Source of the DNA: a virus
Lineage: Duplodnaviria; Caudoviricetes
DNA: 64,000 nt
Direction: 5' to 3' (one strand)
IMG/VR virus record: IMGVR_UViG_3300035208_003026
Span: 128,001-192,000 of that record
Of this stretch, positions 18,804-28,852 are shown piece by piece (positions within the stretch are counted from its first letter, which is position 1; each line of letters starts with the position of its first letter). Under the pieces are notes generated by a model. The model searched no databases. It was not told the DNA's origin and saw nothing but the letters and a program-made list of their open reading frames with translations. Both the position numbers and the translations under genes were made by a program.

Positions 18804-20761
18804 TGATGGAGCAAGATCTAATCATTAAGATACCGGTATCTGGATTTAAGCCATACATCCAATCTATGCGTAACTGTAACAATATTAATAATGGATTGGT
18901 TTTACTTCCAAAAACCGGAACTCTTACACTAGACTTTAGTAATACAGAAGCAATGTCCTGTACGATCAATTTTAAGCGAGATGGTGGCAATGGGTTAATT
19001 TTCTCAAATATTGGAAGTTTAAGCAATGAATATCAGATTACATCGACAACATCTCAATCGGTTACATTTAATCTAGGAACAAATAGAGTAATAAGACTTA
19101 ATAGAACAGCAAGATCTCGTGGTAATGTAGTTGTTTTAGATGTATCTTTGTTTGGTGATAAGTTACAATCTAATTGGAATTCTGAATTAAAGAAAAGTAA
19201 AGAACATGGCTGTCTTCGTTTAGTTGGCGATAAACTTTTCGCATCTGAAGGAGCTTTCATCAAGGGGATTGGGATAACAATTAGAACAGATCCTCCAAAT
19301 GTATGCACTACAGATGGTGAAGGAATCAAGTTTACATCATCTTGTCAGGTTCTAAGTCTTAACATACCAAATCAAATAAAGGAAGTTTCAAAATTAGCTA
19401 AAGCGAAAGCTGATAGCTTAATTGTGTTTGATACGAACAATTCTGGATTCAACAGAGCGTATTGTAACAACTTTGCGTCATCGTCATCTGGTAATATAAT
19501 CCTAGACCATAAAGGATCTTACACAGTTCCGGTACAATCAGTTATAGCTGGGAATAGATATGCAGTTCACATTTCCGTTTCAAGAATAGATGGAAATGGA
19601 AAAGTAATGTTTGGTTTAATGCCAGACAAAGACAGTAACGCATCTATGTTTGTCACAGTAGGTGGTGTATCAAGTAATGATTTTGTTCTTTACACTACGC
19701 CATCAATAATTAATCATGGATATTCTGTATCAGTTTGGCGTCATCCTTCAGCTACGGGAAAGTTAAAGATTAAGAGAATCTTTATAGAACAAACTGATGC
19801 TGATAATGTTTCTGAAAGACCATTAAACAAACAAAATCACTTTACATTAATTAGGGAATCGGCTCCAGTAAATCCAGATGATGTATACAAATCTATTGAA
19901 TCAATAGGCTCTCCAGCATTTGAAATTACTGATGTAGTTAAAAAGTACGAAGCATTGTCAAAGCACTTTGCAATTTTCCCAATTCCAATAACTCAACTTG
20001 GAGCTTTAGATATTGCTGGAAAAGCAAATGTGTATGGCTTTAAAGCCAGACAATGGTTGTATAGAGCTCAAACCATACTTCCAAATATTGTCCACGATCC
20101 TAAGTCTGATATTCTTATATGTGATGCTGACTGTGTTATTGCATCGTCTCGCGTTTGGATAAGTGAATTTCGTGGAGATAAACGAGATTGTCTTGCCGCA
20201 TTGAGCGAATCAAAAACGATCTATACTCCATCATTGGAAAACAAAATCATGTTAAACACATGGTTCCCAAATGCTGAAGTTATCCTGTGTGATTTACCAC
20301 TTCCCAAAATATTGGATAAACAATCTGATGACACTTACTACTTTTATGTAGAAGATAATGCTGGATACACTCAACATTTGATAGACATTTGGGATGAGCA
20401 ACAAACACTTTGTATTGTTGGTACGAAGCTCAAGATACCAAATAGTATGAAGTACCTTTCAGATTACACTGATCATAGCGTTCTATCAGATTACCTATCT
20501 AGAAGTAAGGGATTGATTAGTTTAACAACTAATACTAATTTCAAATCATCATTCATAGAATTAGCACTTAGTATGGGTGTTCCAGTTACTACCAACAATA
20601 CTAAATATCTTGGTAAAGCAAGTATTATCAGGCACACTAAATCAAGTATGGTTTCACCCACACTATTTAAGAATGGTTTGAATAGAATTATACAACCCGT
20701 ACAAAATCCAAATCATAATGATAATGTAGTTGAATCTTTGAGAACATTAGGTGTTGTATGA
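18803..20761 (+). CDS. Hypothetical protein: beta-rich N-terminal modules plus a degenerate GT-B-like C-terminus
   Basis: The C-terminal IYTPS...IELALSMGVPVTT resembles GT-B (EAL..G.PV). Located in the glycan island. Confidence 0.4.
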   Translation: MMEQDLIIKIPVSGFKPYIQSMRNCNNINNGLVLLPKTGTLTLDFSNTEAMSCTINFKRDGGNGLIFSNIGSLSNEYQITSTTSQSVTFNLGTNRVIRLNRTARSRGNVVVLDVSLFGDKLQSNWNSELKKSKEHGCLRLVGDKLFASEGAFIKGIGITIRTDPPNVCTTDGEGIKFTSSCQVLSLNIPNQIKEVSKLAKAKADSLIVFDTNNSGFNRAYCNNFASSSSGNIILDHKGSYTVPVQSVIAGNRYAVHISVSRIDGNGKVMFGLMPDKDSNASMFVTVGGVSSNDFVLYTTPSIINHGYSVSVWRHPSATGKLKIKRIFIEQTDADNVSERPLNKQNHFTLIRESAPVNPDDVYKSIESIGSPAFEITDVVKKYEALSKHFAIFPIPITQLGALDIAGKANVYGFKARQWLYRAQTILPNIVHDPKSDILICDADCVIASSRVWISEFRGDKRDCLAALSESKTIYTPSLENKIMLNTWFPNAEVILCDLPLPKILDKQSDDTYYFYVEDNAGYTQHLIDIWDEQQTLCIVGTKLKIPNSMKYLSDYTDHSVLSDYLSRSKGLISLTTNTNFKSSFIELALSMGVPVTTNNTKYLGKASIIRHTKSSMVSPTLFKNGLNRIIQPVQNPNHNDNVVESLRTLGVV

Positions 20762-21336
20762 GTATAAATGTTTTCGTTGGATACTATCAAGATAAGAATC
20801 AAACTCGTAATGATGAGCTTATGGAATGTATGCGTTGTAACATCAATAATCCATACATCAACTATGTTTTGATAGAGTCAGATGAACGCATGAAGTATAA
20901 TGATTACTTCAGGATTATCAACGCTTATTCGGATCCTAATGATGTGAATGTTATCATGAATCTAGATATCTATCTAGATCCTGAAAGCTGTTCTTTACTA
21001 GAAAAAATCAAGCCCAAAGAGATGTTTGCCTTATGTCGATGGGAGAAACAACCGAATGGGGAATTGAAGTTCGCTGACAGACCTGATAGTCAGGATGCGT
21101 GGGTTTTCAGAGGTTATATAGACATAAATGTTGACTTTCATCTTGGGTACGCTGGCTGCGATAACAGGTTAGCAAAAGTCTTTGCAGATGCTGGTTGGAA
21201 AGTAACTAATCCAAGTAGGACGATAAAGACAATACATATACATTCTTCTAATATCAGAAATTACAAACCAGGCAAACATAACAAGATGATGGTAGAAGGT
21301 CCGTATTTAACTCTTACCCCAACAATATTGGAGTAA
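20758..21336 (+). CDS. Putative GT-A-like protein
   Basis: IMNLDIY, ALCRW, DSQDAW, LG..GCDNRLA and H-x-H near the C-terminus give a GT-A-like layout. Confidence 0.5.
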   Translation: MSINVFVGYYQDKNQTRNDELMECMRCNINNPYINYVLIESDERMKYNDYFRIINAYSDPNDVNVIMNLDIYLDPESCSLLEKIKPKEMFALCRWEKQPNGELKFADRPDSQDAWVFRGYIDINVDFHLGYAGCDNRLAKVFADAGWKVTNPSRTIKTIHIHSSNIRNYKPGKHNKMMVEGPYLTLTPTILE

Positions 21337-21337
21337 C

Positions 21338-22273
21338 ATGAAGGTTCTGTATTTACCAATTGGACAGCAAGAAGGTACGGAAAGAGCGTTTCGTCGTTTT
21401 GCTGATACTATAGTTTTTGATTTCACGCAATCGAGAGATCCTAACAGTGAATTTACCAGAATAGCTCTGGAGTTTAAACCAGATCTTGTTCATATGCAGC
21501 TGCAAATGACAAGTAGTATTAAACCAGAGACAATTCGTAATTTGAAAAACCAATTACCAAACACAATATTTACCAATTGGTCTGGTGATATTAGAAGAAA
21601 ACCAGACCATAACTATATTGCAACGTCTACAGCTGTTGATTATTCCCTTATGTCCAATGTTGGACAAATGGAGCTTCATGAAGGTAGTGGATGTAAAAAT
21701 GTGAGATACTGGCAAATTGGTTTTGATAAACAAGCTTATTATCCTAAAAACTATAATCTTTTCAAATATGATGTTTCATTTATTGGAAATTATTATGGAA
21801 ATATGTTCCCAGATGGACATATAAGATCATCAATAGCTGAAAGATTAAAGAATACATATAGTGATCGTGCTGGTATTTTTGGAACTGGTTATAAGAAGAT
21901 CAGGGTTCGTGCATGTGATATCAAAGATACTAATGAGATTTACAACAACTCGGCTTGTGTTGTCAGTGTAAGCAATTTCAATGATGTTAGCCATTATTTC
22001 TCTGATAGAATGTTGATGTGTTTAGCATCTGGTCGTCCAACAATTGCATACAGGTTTCCTGGTTCAGAAAGCTACTTTACCGATCGCGGGGATTTGTTAA
22101 TTGCAAATGATGAGCAACAGGTTTTTGACCTTGTAAAGGAATGTCTTGAAAAACCAGAATGGGCATCCGAGATTGGCACTAATGGAAGCCGAAGAGTTTT
22201 GGCTGAGCATACATTCGAATCAAGAATTCTTGAACTATTTTCAATTGTAGGTTTACTTGACAGGGTTGGCTAA
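21338..22273 (+). CDS. CgeB/Glyco_trans_1_2 family glycosyltransferase
   Basis: YDVSFIG, YFSDRMLMCLASG, IGTNG..RVLAEHTFESR. Confidence 0.85.
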   Translation: MKVLYLPIGQQEGTERAFRRFADTIVFDFTQSRDPNSEFTRIALEFKPDLVHMQLQMTSSIKPETIRNLKNQLPNTIFTNWSGDIRRKPDHNYIATSTAVDYSLMSNVGQMELHEGSGCKNVRYWQIGFDKQAYYPKNYNLFKYDVSFIGNYYGNMFPDGHIRSSIAERLKNTYSDRAGIFGTGYKKIRVRACDIKDTNEIYNNSACVVSVSNFNDVSHYFSDRMLMCLASGRPTIAYRFPGSESYFTDRGDLLIANDEQQVFDLVKECLEKPEWASEIGTNGSRRVLAEHTFESRILELFSIVGLLDRVG

Positions 22274-22274
22274 C

Positions 22275-23174
22275 ATGAATGTGAAAAAGGTAATATTCTT
22301 CAATGCGTTCCATAAAGGAGATCTTCATTTATCCAGAACAATGGTAAAGAGATTTGTTGAGGCTTTTCCTGATATTGAATTTGGATACATGCACCAGAAT
22401 GATCCTTATCTGTTAAAAGATCTTGGGTTGAAATACTACGGATGGAGAAGGCTTTCATCAAAGGACCAAACAGGTGTCGTTCAAATTGACGACACATTGT
22501 ATTTGAATACTTGGTTCTGCTCTTATGATAATGAGTTTATGAACAGGTACAACGGTATTACTTTTGATACGTTGTATTTTGTTTTCGAGAAGCATTTGTC
22601 TCTTTTCGGTCGAACTTGGGCGGATATCGAAAAGGATCCGAAAGAGCTTTACCCATCCATAGATTGGTCAAAATACAACTGTGCTGGTGTTGATAGGTAT
22701 AGAGCCATTGAATTCCCAAAGTACAAAAAGAATGTAATAATTTGCAATGGTCCAGCTCTATCTGGTCAATCAAAACCATTTGATTGGAATATAATTATTG
22801 ATTATTTATCACGTAAATTTCCTAATGTTCAGTTTATCTGTACAGATAATGGATACAAGAAAAAGACATCAAATGTAGCTTTTACAAGTGATATTATTGG
22901 AATTAAGGAATGTGATCTTAACGAAATTGCTTACTTATCAACTTTTTGTGAAGTAATTATAGGAAGAACGTCTGGGCCAAATTCCTATACGATGATTAAG
23001 GAAAATTCTTTCGACAGTCGCAAAACATTACTTTCATTTTCTAGCATCAATGCGCCTATTTTCTATTTAGATGTAATGGCTGAGAAAATCAAGTACGATG
23101 CTGATGTTAGAAATTACGATATAGATGACATTCAGGAAATCGAAAGATTGATAACCGAAGCTATCGAAAAATAA
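22275..23174 (+). CDS. Putative GT-B-like (GT9-related) protein
   Basis: FNAFHKGDLH and DLNEIAYLS..CEVIIGRTSGP motifs. Confidence 0.5.
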   Translation: MNVKKVIFFNAFHKGDLHLSRTMVKRFVEAFPDIEFGYMHQNDPYLLKDLGLKYYGWRRLSSKDQTGVVQIDDTLYLNTWFCSYDNEFMNRYNGITFDTLYFVFEKHLSLFGRTWADIEKDPKELYPSIDWSKYNCAGVDRYRAIEFPKYKKNVIICNGPALSGQSKPFDWNIIIDYLSRKFPNVQFICTDNGYKKKTSNVAFTSDIIGIKECDLNEIAYLSTFCEVIIGRTSGPNSYTMIKENSFDSRKTLLSFSSINAPIFYLDVMAEKIKYDADVRNYDIDDIQEIERLITEAIEK

Positions 23175-23183
23175 GGGAGTAAG

Positions 23184-25346
23184 ATGAAGAAGGCATGTAT
23201 CACCGGCATCACTGGTCAAACTGGCTCATATTTAGCAGAGATTCTGATTGAAAAGGGTTACGAAGTTCACGGTTTAATTCGTCGAAGTTCTTCGTTTAGT
23301 ACGGGTAGAATCGAGCATATCTACAATGACATCAAGCTTGCTTATGGTGATCTTTCAGATTACGGAAGTATTTCTAATTGGGTTCGAGAAGTACAGCCGG
23401 ATGAGTTTTACAACCTTGGAGCTATGAGTCATGTTCGTGTATCTTTTGATATTCCTGAGTACACGATGGATATTGGAGCAACTGGAGTAATTCGTTGCTT
23501 GGAAGCATTATCCAATTTTTCTCCGCATACACACTTTGTACAAGCTAGTACATCAGAGATGTTTGGATCGGTACCACCTCCTCAAAATGAGAAGACGGTC
23601 CTTCATCCACGCTCACCTTATGGTGCGGCAAAGATTGCAGGATTCTGGAGTACTGTAAATTACAGAGAAGCTGGGAAGCTTTTTGCTGCAAACTCCATGT
23701 CTTTTAATCATGAAACAGTAGCTGATTTTATGCCTGTTATTTTCAAGCAAAATGGAATAATGGATATTAAACCAATATCAGAAGTAGTTTGTGACCATTG
23801 TAATATTGGTTTTGATTTATCTCGTGACGAATATCAAGAGGGAGAGGTAAAGAATGATGTTGATATTTGGGATGCTAATGGATGGACGAGAGTAAAATTT
23901 GCTTCTGGATATTCTCATAAACATGCCGGAATGAATAAGAATCCCAGATTTGTAAATGCTAGAAACTCAGCATATATGGCAACTGATACTCATGTTGTTA
24001 TTATGTGTGATGGTAGTGAAAAAGAGATTAAGGATATTTCAATTGGTGATAAAATTGGAAACGTTTCTACTTTTCCAAATTCTAATATAAAAAATGTTAA
24101 AAATATAGAGGAAGCTAGGTTGATTGGTTTTATCGTTGGTGATGGGTGTGTAACTTCAAATCATTTAAAATTAACAGCAAAAACCAAAGAAAAGATGGCT
24201 GTCTATACAGATATCTGGGAGAAGATGGGTGGAAATGTTCGTTATCAGCAGACAAAATCTGGATTTTCTGATGGTGATATTTGGCAAGCAAATTTGACAG
24301 GAAAGCCAGAGTGGGTCCGTTCTCTTGATGTGTATGATTCTTTTGGTAATAAGAGAATTCCTGTTGAAATTCTCAATAGTACAAATGATATAAAACATGC
24401 ATTTCTTCTAGGATACAATGATGCTGATGGATTGAAAAATAACCCATGTAATTATGTGTTTAAAAACTTCAAAACAAATTCAGCAACATTAGCTATGGGT
24501 TTGTTGTACTTGGTTTCACAAACAACATCTCAACAATACAATATTACAGTAGAAGAATCTGAAAAATGGGAATACAAAACTTTGTATTACTCAATAAATC
24601 TACTTAGCGATAATCCAAGATGTAATGCTCGTGAGTCTGTTAAAAAGTATGTTGTAGTAAAACCAATGCTAGATAATGGAAAATCTATATTATCAATTCA
24701 TAAAGAAACGGGCATTTCATACCAATTTATTCACAAAGTGAAACATGGTTATGTTCCTACTAGCAAATCTCATCTCGAAAAACCACAAAATGAAGTTAAA
24801 AAAATCATTGAAATGAATGATTTTGACGGATGGTTTTTTGACCTTGAAACAGAAAGTGGAACATTTCATTGTGGAATTGGATGCGGTCATGTTCACAATA
24901 GTCCGCGAAGAGGTGAGACTTTTGTGACGCGTAAAATCACAAGGGCAGCAACCAGAATCAAGCTAGGTCTACAAGACAAACTCGTTCTTGGAAATCTAGA
25001 CGCGCAACGAGATTGGAACCATGCAAAGGACGTTGCTAGAGCAATTCACTTGATGGCAACAGCACCAAAAGCGGATGATTGGGTTGTAGCCTCCGGGGAA
25101 ATGTACTCTGTAAAAGACTTCTTGGTAAAGGTATTTGACAAGCTTGGATTACATTGGGAAGAGTTTGTTGAGTTTGATTCTAAGTATCTAAGACCAACAG
25201 AGGTTGATGCTTTATGTGGTGATCCTTCAAAGATAAAGTCTGAACTTGGATGGAAACCAGAATATACTTTTGATCAGTTAGTAGATGAAATGGTCGAGCA
25301 TGATCTAAAACTTGCTACTCAGGAAAGTAAGTTAAAGAGTTTGTGA
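23184..25346 (+). CDS. gmd: GDP-mannose 4,6-dehydratase, intein-containing
   Basis: [43 protein letters not shown]|intein|[28 protein letters not shown]. Confidence 0.97.
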   Translation: MKKACITGITGQTGSYLAEILIEKGYEVHGLIRRSSSFSTGRIEHIYNDIKLAYGDLSDYGSISNWVREVQPDEFYNLGAMSHVRVSFDIPEYTMDIGATGVIRCLEALSNFSPHTHFVQASTSEMFGSVPPPQNEKTVLHPRSPYGAAKIAGFWSTVNYREAGKLFAANSMSFNHETVADFMPVIFKQNGIMDIKPISEVVCDHCNIGFDLSRDEYQEGEVKNDVDIWDANGWTRVKFASGYSHKHAGMNKNPRFVNARNSAYMATDTHVVIMCDGSEKEIKDISIGDKIGNVSTFPNSNIKNVKNIEEARLIGFIVGDGCVTSNHLKLTAKTKEKMAVYTDIWEKMGGNVRYQQTKSGFSDGDIWQANLTGKPEWVRSLDVYDSFGNKRIPVEILNSTNDIKHAFLLGYNDADGLKNNPCNYVFKNFKTNSATLAMGLLYLVSQTTSQQYNITVEESEKWEYKTLYYSINLLSDNPRCNARESVKKYVVVKPMLDNGKSILSIHKETGISYQFIHKVKHGYVPTSKSHLEKPQNEVKKIIEMNDFDGWFFDLETESGTFHCGIGCGHVHNSPRRGETFVTRKITRAATRIKLGLQDKLVLGNLDAQRDWNHAKDVARAIHLMATAPKADDWVVASGEMYSVKDFLVKVFDKLGLHWEEFVEFDSKYLRPTEVDALCGDPSKIKSELGWKPEYTFDQLVDEMVEHDLKLATQESKLKSL
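23715..24899 (+). mobile_element. Intein (395 aa) with LAGLIDADG endonuclease, starting with Thr
   Basis: Interrupts NHE|SPRRG. Has block B TDTH, the endonuclease motifs GFIVGDG and LLGYNDADG, block F FFDLET, and ends VHN|S. Confidence 0.93.
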
Positions 25347-25352
25347 GGAATA

Positions 25353-27863
25353 ATGAAGAAGATTCTTGTAACTGGTGCGTCATCATTTTTAGGGCATCAT
25401 GTCATGCCTTTACTGGAGAATTATAACACTTCCTTTGAGCCAGAATGGTTAACTGGTGATCGTGGAACACGTTTAATCCCACGATTTGAGATTTTTGCTC
25501 CTAGTTCTAAAGAACTAAATCTACTGAACCGTGATTCAGTTATCGCGTACATCAAGAAACACAAACCAGATACTATTCTTCATATGGCAGCTTTATGCGG
25601 AGGTATTGGAGCAAATAAGAAGCGTCCAGGAGATTTCATTCTTCACAATACAAAGATGGCTACGAATCTGTTTGATGCCATCTCTGAGGTGAATTTCTGG
25701 GACAATCCATCTATGACCCGTCAGGTTGTTACTCATTTTTATGGCCTCGGATCTGTTTGTGGGTATCCAAAAAACTGTCCAGTACCATTCAAGGAAGAAG
25801 ATTTATGGAATGGGTTTCCAGAGGAAACCAATGCTCCATATGGAACTGCTAAGCGTCATATGATTGTCATGCAAGATGCCTACAGACTTCAACATGGCCT
25901 TCGAGGTGCTCATCTAATCCCAGTGAATTTGTATGGTGAATATGATCACTTTAACCTGGATAACTCTCATGTTATGCCTGCTTTGATTAATAAGTTCATA
26001 GCAGCAAAACAAAATGAAGATGAATCTGTGGAAGTTTGGGGAGATGGAACTCCAACTCGTGAATTTCTATATGCTGGGGATTGTGCGGAGGCTATTGTAA
26101 GAGCTGTAGTTACGGGATTTGATTATCCAATACCGGTTAATATTGGTACAGGACATGATATATCTATTAAAGACTTGGCAGATCTAATCAAAGAAGTTGT
26201 TGGCTTCGATGGTGAGATTAGGTTCACTGGAGAAGTTTCCGTGAATGGCCAACCAAAGCGCCGTTTGGATGTATCTCGCGCCCGAGATGTGTTGGGTTTT
26301 ACAGCGAAGACTGACCTAAGAACAGGTTTAGAGAAGACGGTAGCTTGGTACCAAAAGTCTAAATCTAAACCCGTGGGACAAATGGAAAACAAAACAGAGT
26401 ACGAAGCACTTTCAAAACTAAATAGAATAATCAATCTATTAGAAAAGAATACTGAAGAAGTGTTTGATCAGATTAGTAGAAACCCCAAAGATACTAGAAT
26501 GGAAGCAATTATCAACAAGTATCTTGGTTTATTGACATTATCATTAGAGCGCGCACAAGCTCTTAGAAATTCTAAGACAGCCGAAGTTGGTGGAGTCTAT
26601 GGTGGTGGGGCAATCTTTGTCAAGGCAAAGCCTGCTGGTGAAATCGAACCTGTAGCTGTTGATTTGCAGAGTTTGGTTGCAATGATAAGGAATGCAATCG
26701 GAGAGCCTGAGCTTTTGAAGCGTATTGCGGCTCACATCGATTCAATCAAGCCTAATTTCAACACAATCACTCAAGAGAATAAAGAGTTTTTGCTTGGGTT
26801 AATTGCTAGAGCGCAACAAGCTCATAAACCCAATACTCAAAAGCCTGGAATTGATCTACATACACAGATTCCTTTGAGTTTTATCAAACCTGAGACTTTA
26901 AAGAGAGATAGTGATGCGTATCGAACTTATACAGAAAAGTTTAAGTTCAACGAGTATAAGGGATCTATCAATCCAGTTGAGTTTTTGGTTAGAGCTGGCC
27001 TTGACCGAGGTGTTGCAGAGAATCGTGTCAAAAACGGTTTGGGTAACCAGAAAAATCGCGCAGAAGTTCTAAAGGCTATTGGTATAAATGACAATCCAAT
27101 TGCTTCCAAGATTACATCAACAAATCCCGTTCAGCAGCAAGAGCTGAGAAAGTTGGCAGCACAGATCAATGCCATTAAGGATGATTCTGAAAAGCCAAAA
27201 TACAATAGGGTTATCCGTAAAGATCCTTACGGTGAAGTAATTGAATTCGAGAAAAAACCAGATGTTCAGGAATCTTTAAAAGTCATCTCCGAAAGTACTG
27301 AGAAAGCTCAAAACATTTTCAATAAAAAAACTCAAAATCTTCCAAATAATCTTTTCGGTGATGATATCAAGAAGTTCAACGGATCTTTAGGTATTACATC
27401 TGCTGAAGATAAGCTGGAACGAGATCTGTCATTCTATGAGCATGCAGAGGTCTACAAGAGAGAGAAGGCAAAGAATGCTATCTTTGGAGTTGGTCATGGA
27501 TCTTTCCGTCGTGGAGGAATGCCAGAGGATGAAGATCATCGTAATGTGAAATACTTAAGCGAACACGAATCCGATTTCATGAAAGCTGCTGAAAAATTCG
27601 CAAAAGAACACGGAATTCCAGTTTCGGATTTGGTTCGATACAAACGTGGTAAGAGATTGCCCGATGGTAATTTATTGAATAATATTGGAGTCACTGACAC
27701 TGAAATAATGATGTCAACCATCAAGCTGCCTCGTTCAAACAGAACTAAAGTCGAGAAAACAAACGTTAATCGATCCTGTAAGGTCGAGAGTAAGAAGAAG
27801 TATACGTTAATTGGTTCTGTAAAGAAGTTTGTATCTTCAGTTATCGAATCGATTAAATGGTAA
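25353..27863 (+). CDS. fcl: GDP-L-fucose synthase (N-terminal ~340 aa) with a ~490-aa unrelated C-terminal extension
   Basis: HMAALCGGIGAN, LGSVCGYPK, EETNAPYGTAK, PVNLYG, SHVMPALI, VWGDGTPTREFLY, GQPKRRLD. Confidence 0.9.
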   Translation: MKKILVTGASSFLGHHVMPLLENYNTSFEPEWLTGDRGTRLIPRFEIFAPSSKELNLLNRDSVIAYIKKHKPDTILHMAALCGGIGANKKRPGDFILHNTKMATNLFDAISEVNFWDNPSMTRQVVTHFYGLGSVCGYPKNCPVPFKEEDLWNGFPEETNAPYGTAKRHMIVMQDAYRLQHGLRGAHLIPVNLYGEYDHFNLDNSHVMPALINKFIAAKQNEDESVEVWGDGTPTREFLYAGDCAEAIVRAVVTGFDYPIPVNIGTGHDISIKDLADLIKEVVGFDGEIRFTGEVSVNGQPKRRLDVSRARDVLGFTAKTDLRTGLEKTVAWYQKSKSKPVGQMENKTEYEALSKLNRIINLLEKNTEEVFDQISRNPKDTRMEAIINKYLGLLTLSLERAQALRNSKTAEVGGVYGGGAIFVKAKPAGEIEPVAVDLQSLVAMIRNAIGEPELLKRIAAHIDSIKPNFNTITQENKEFLLGLIARAQQAHKPNTQKPGIDLHTQIPLSFIKPETLKRDSDAYRTYTEKFKFNEYKGSINPVEFLVRAGLDRGVAENRVKNGLGNQKNRAEVLKAIGINDNPIASKITSTNPVQQQELRKLAAQINAIKDDSEKPKYNRVIRKDPYGEVIEFEKKPDVQESLKVISESTEKAQNIFNKKTQNLPNNLFGDDIKKFNGSLGITSAEDKLERDLSFYEHAEVYKREKAKNAIFGVGHGSFRRGGMPEDEDHRNVKYLSEHESDFMKAAEKFAKEHGIPVSDLVRYKRGKRLPDGNLLNNIGVTDTEIMMSTIKLPRSNRTKVEKTNVNRSCKVESKKKYTLIGSVKKFVSSVIESIKW

Positions 27864-27870
27864 AGGGTAA

Positions 27871-28836
27871 ATGGATATGGGTAAGAAAAAGAAAGTTATA
27901 ATCACTGGTAGTGGTGGTTTTATTTTTGGCAATTTCATCAGGCAGGTGTTTTATGCCAAGATACCATATACTATCTCAAGTATAGATAGGGTTCGTGATT
28001 CTCATATTATTCACAATATCTATATAAATCAAGATCATCAATTTTATATAGCTGATGTTAGAGATCCTCATACACTTCGTGTAATATTTGAGAAAGAACG
28101 ACCTGATATTGTTATTCATGGAGCTGCTGAAAGCTGTATAGATAATGGTATTGATACTCTTTCATTTACTACTTCAAATGTTGTAGGTACTCAAAACATT
28201 ATAGATCAGTGTCTTGCAATTAATGCAAAACTTATTTATATAAGTACTGATAAAGTATACGGATCACTTCCAAATGAGCAAGCATCTCCTTGGACTGAGG
28301 ATTTTCCTCTTAATCCAAAAAATATATATTCAGCTACAAAAGCAGCTGGTGAGCTATTGATACAAGCGGCATCTCAGACACATAATTTGAAGTTTAACAT
28401 TGTTCGTGCATCTAATAATTATGGACCATGGCAAACTACCGAAAAACTCATTCCTCGTATTATTGAGAGAGTTTTGACTAACAAAGATATTTCAATTTAC
28501 GGAAAGGGTGATCAGATCCGAGATTGGATTCATGTAAATGATACATGTTCAGCTTTGTTTAAAGTAGTTGATAATGGTAGTAATGGTGAAACATATAATA
28601 TAACAGCTAAACAAGAATTCACTAACTTAGAGGTTGCCCAGATTATATGTAATACATTAGGTAAAGGCCATGAGTTGTTGAAGCATGTTGAAGATAGACC
28701 TGGCCATGATTTTAGATATGCGATGAGTAATGAAAAAATCAAAGCTCTTGGTTGGGTACCTGAATATAAGTTTCGCGAAGGAATTGCGCAAACATGTCAA
28801 TGGTATGTAAATAATAAGTTTGCTTTGCAACTGTGA
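27871..28836 (+). CDS. rfbB: dTDP-glucose 4,6-dehydratase
   Basis: TGSGGFIF, HGAAES, ISTDKVYG, YSATKAA, SNNYGPWQ..EKLIP, RDWIHV, DRPGHDFRYA. Confidence 0.88.
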   Translation: MDMGKKKKVIITGSGGFIFGNFIRQVFYAKIPYTISSIDRVRDSHIIHNIYINQDHQFYIADVRDPHTLRVIFEKERPDIVIHGAAESCIDNGIDTLSFTTSNVVGTQNIIDQCLAINAKLIYISTDKVYGSLPNEQASPWTEDFPLNPKNIYSATKAAGELLIQAASQTHNLKFNIVRASNNYGPWQTTEKLIPRIIERVLTNKDISIYGKGDQIRDWIHVNDTCSALFKVVDNGSNGETYNITAKQEFTNLEVAQIICNTLGKGHELLKHVEDRPGHDFRYAMSNEKIKALGWVPEYKFREGIAQTCQWYVNNKFALQL

Positions 28837-28852
28837 TATAGATAGGAAAAAT

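Noticed and set aside
23715-24899. Class 3 intein assignment for the gmd intein
   Set aside because: It lacks the block B Trp and block F Cys; position F4 is Asp.
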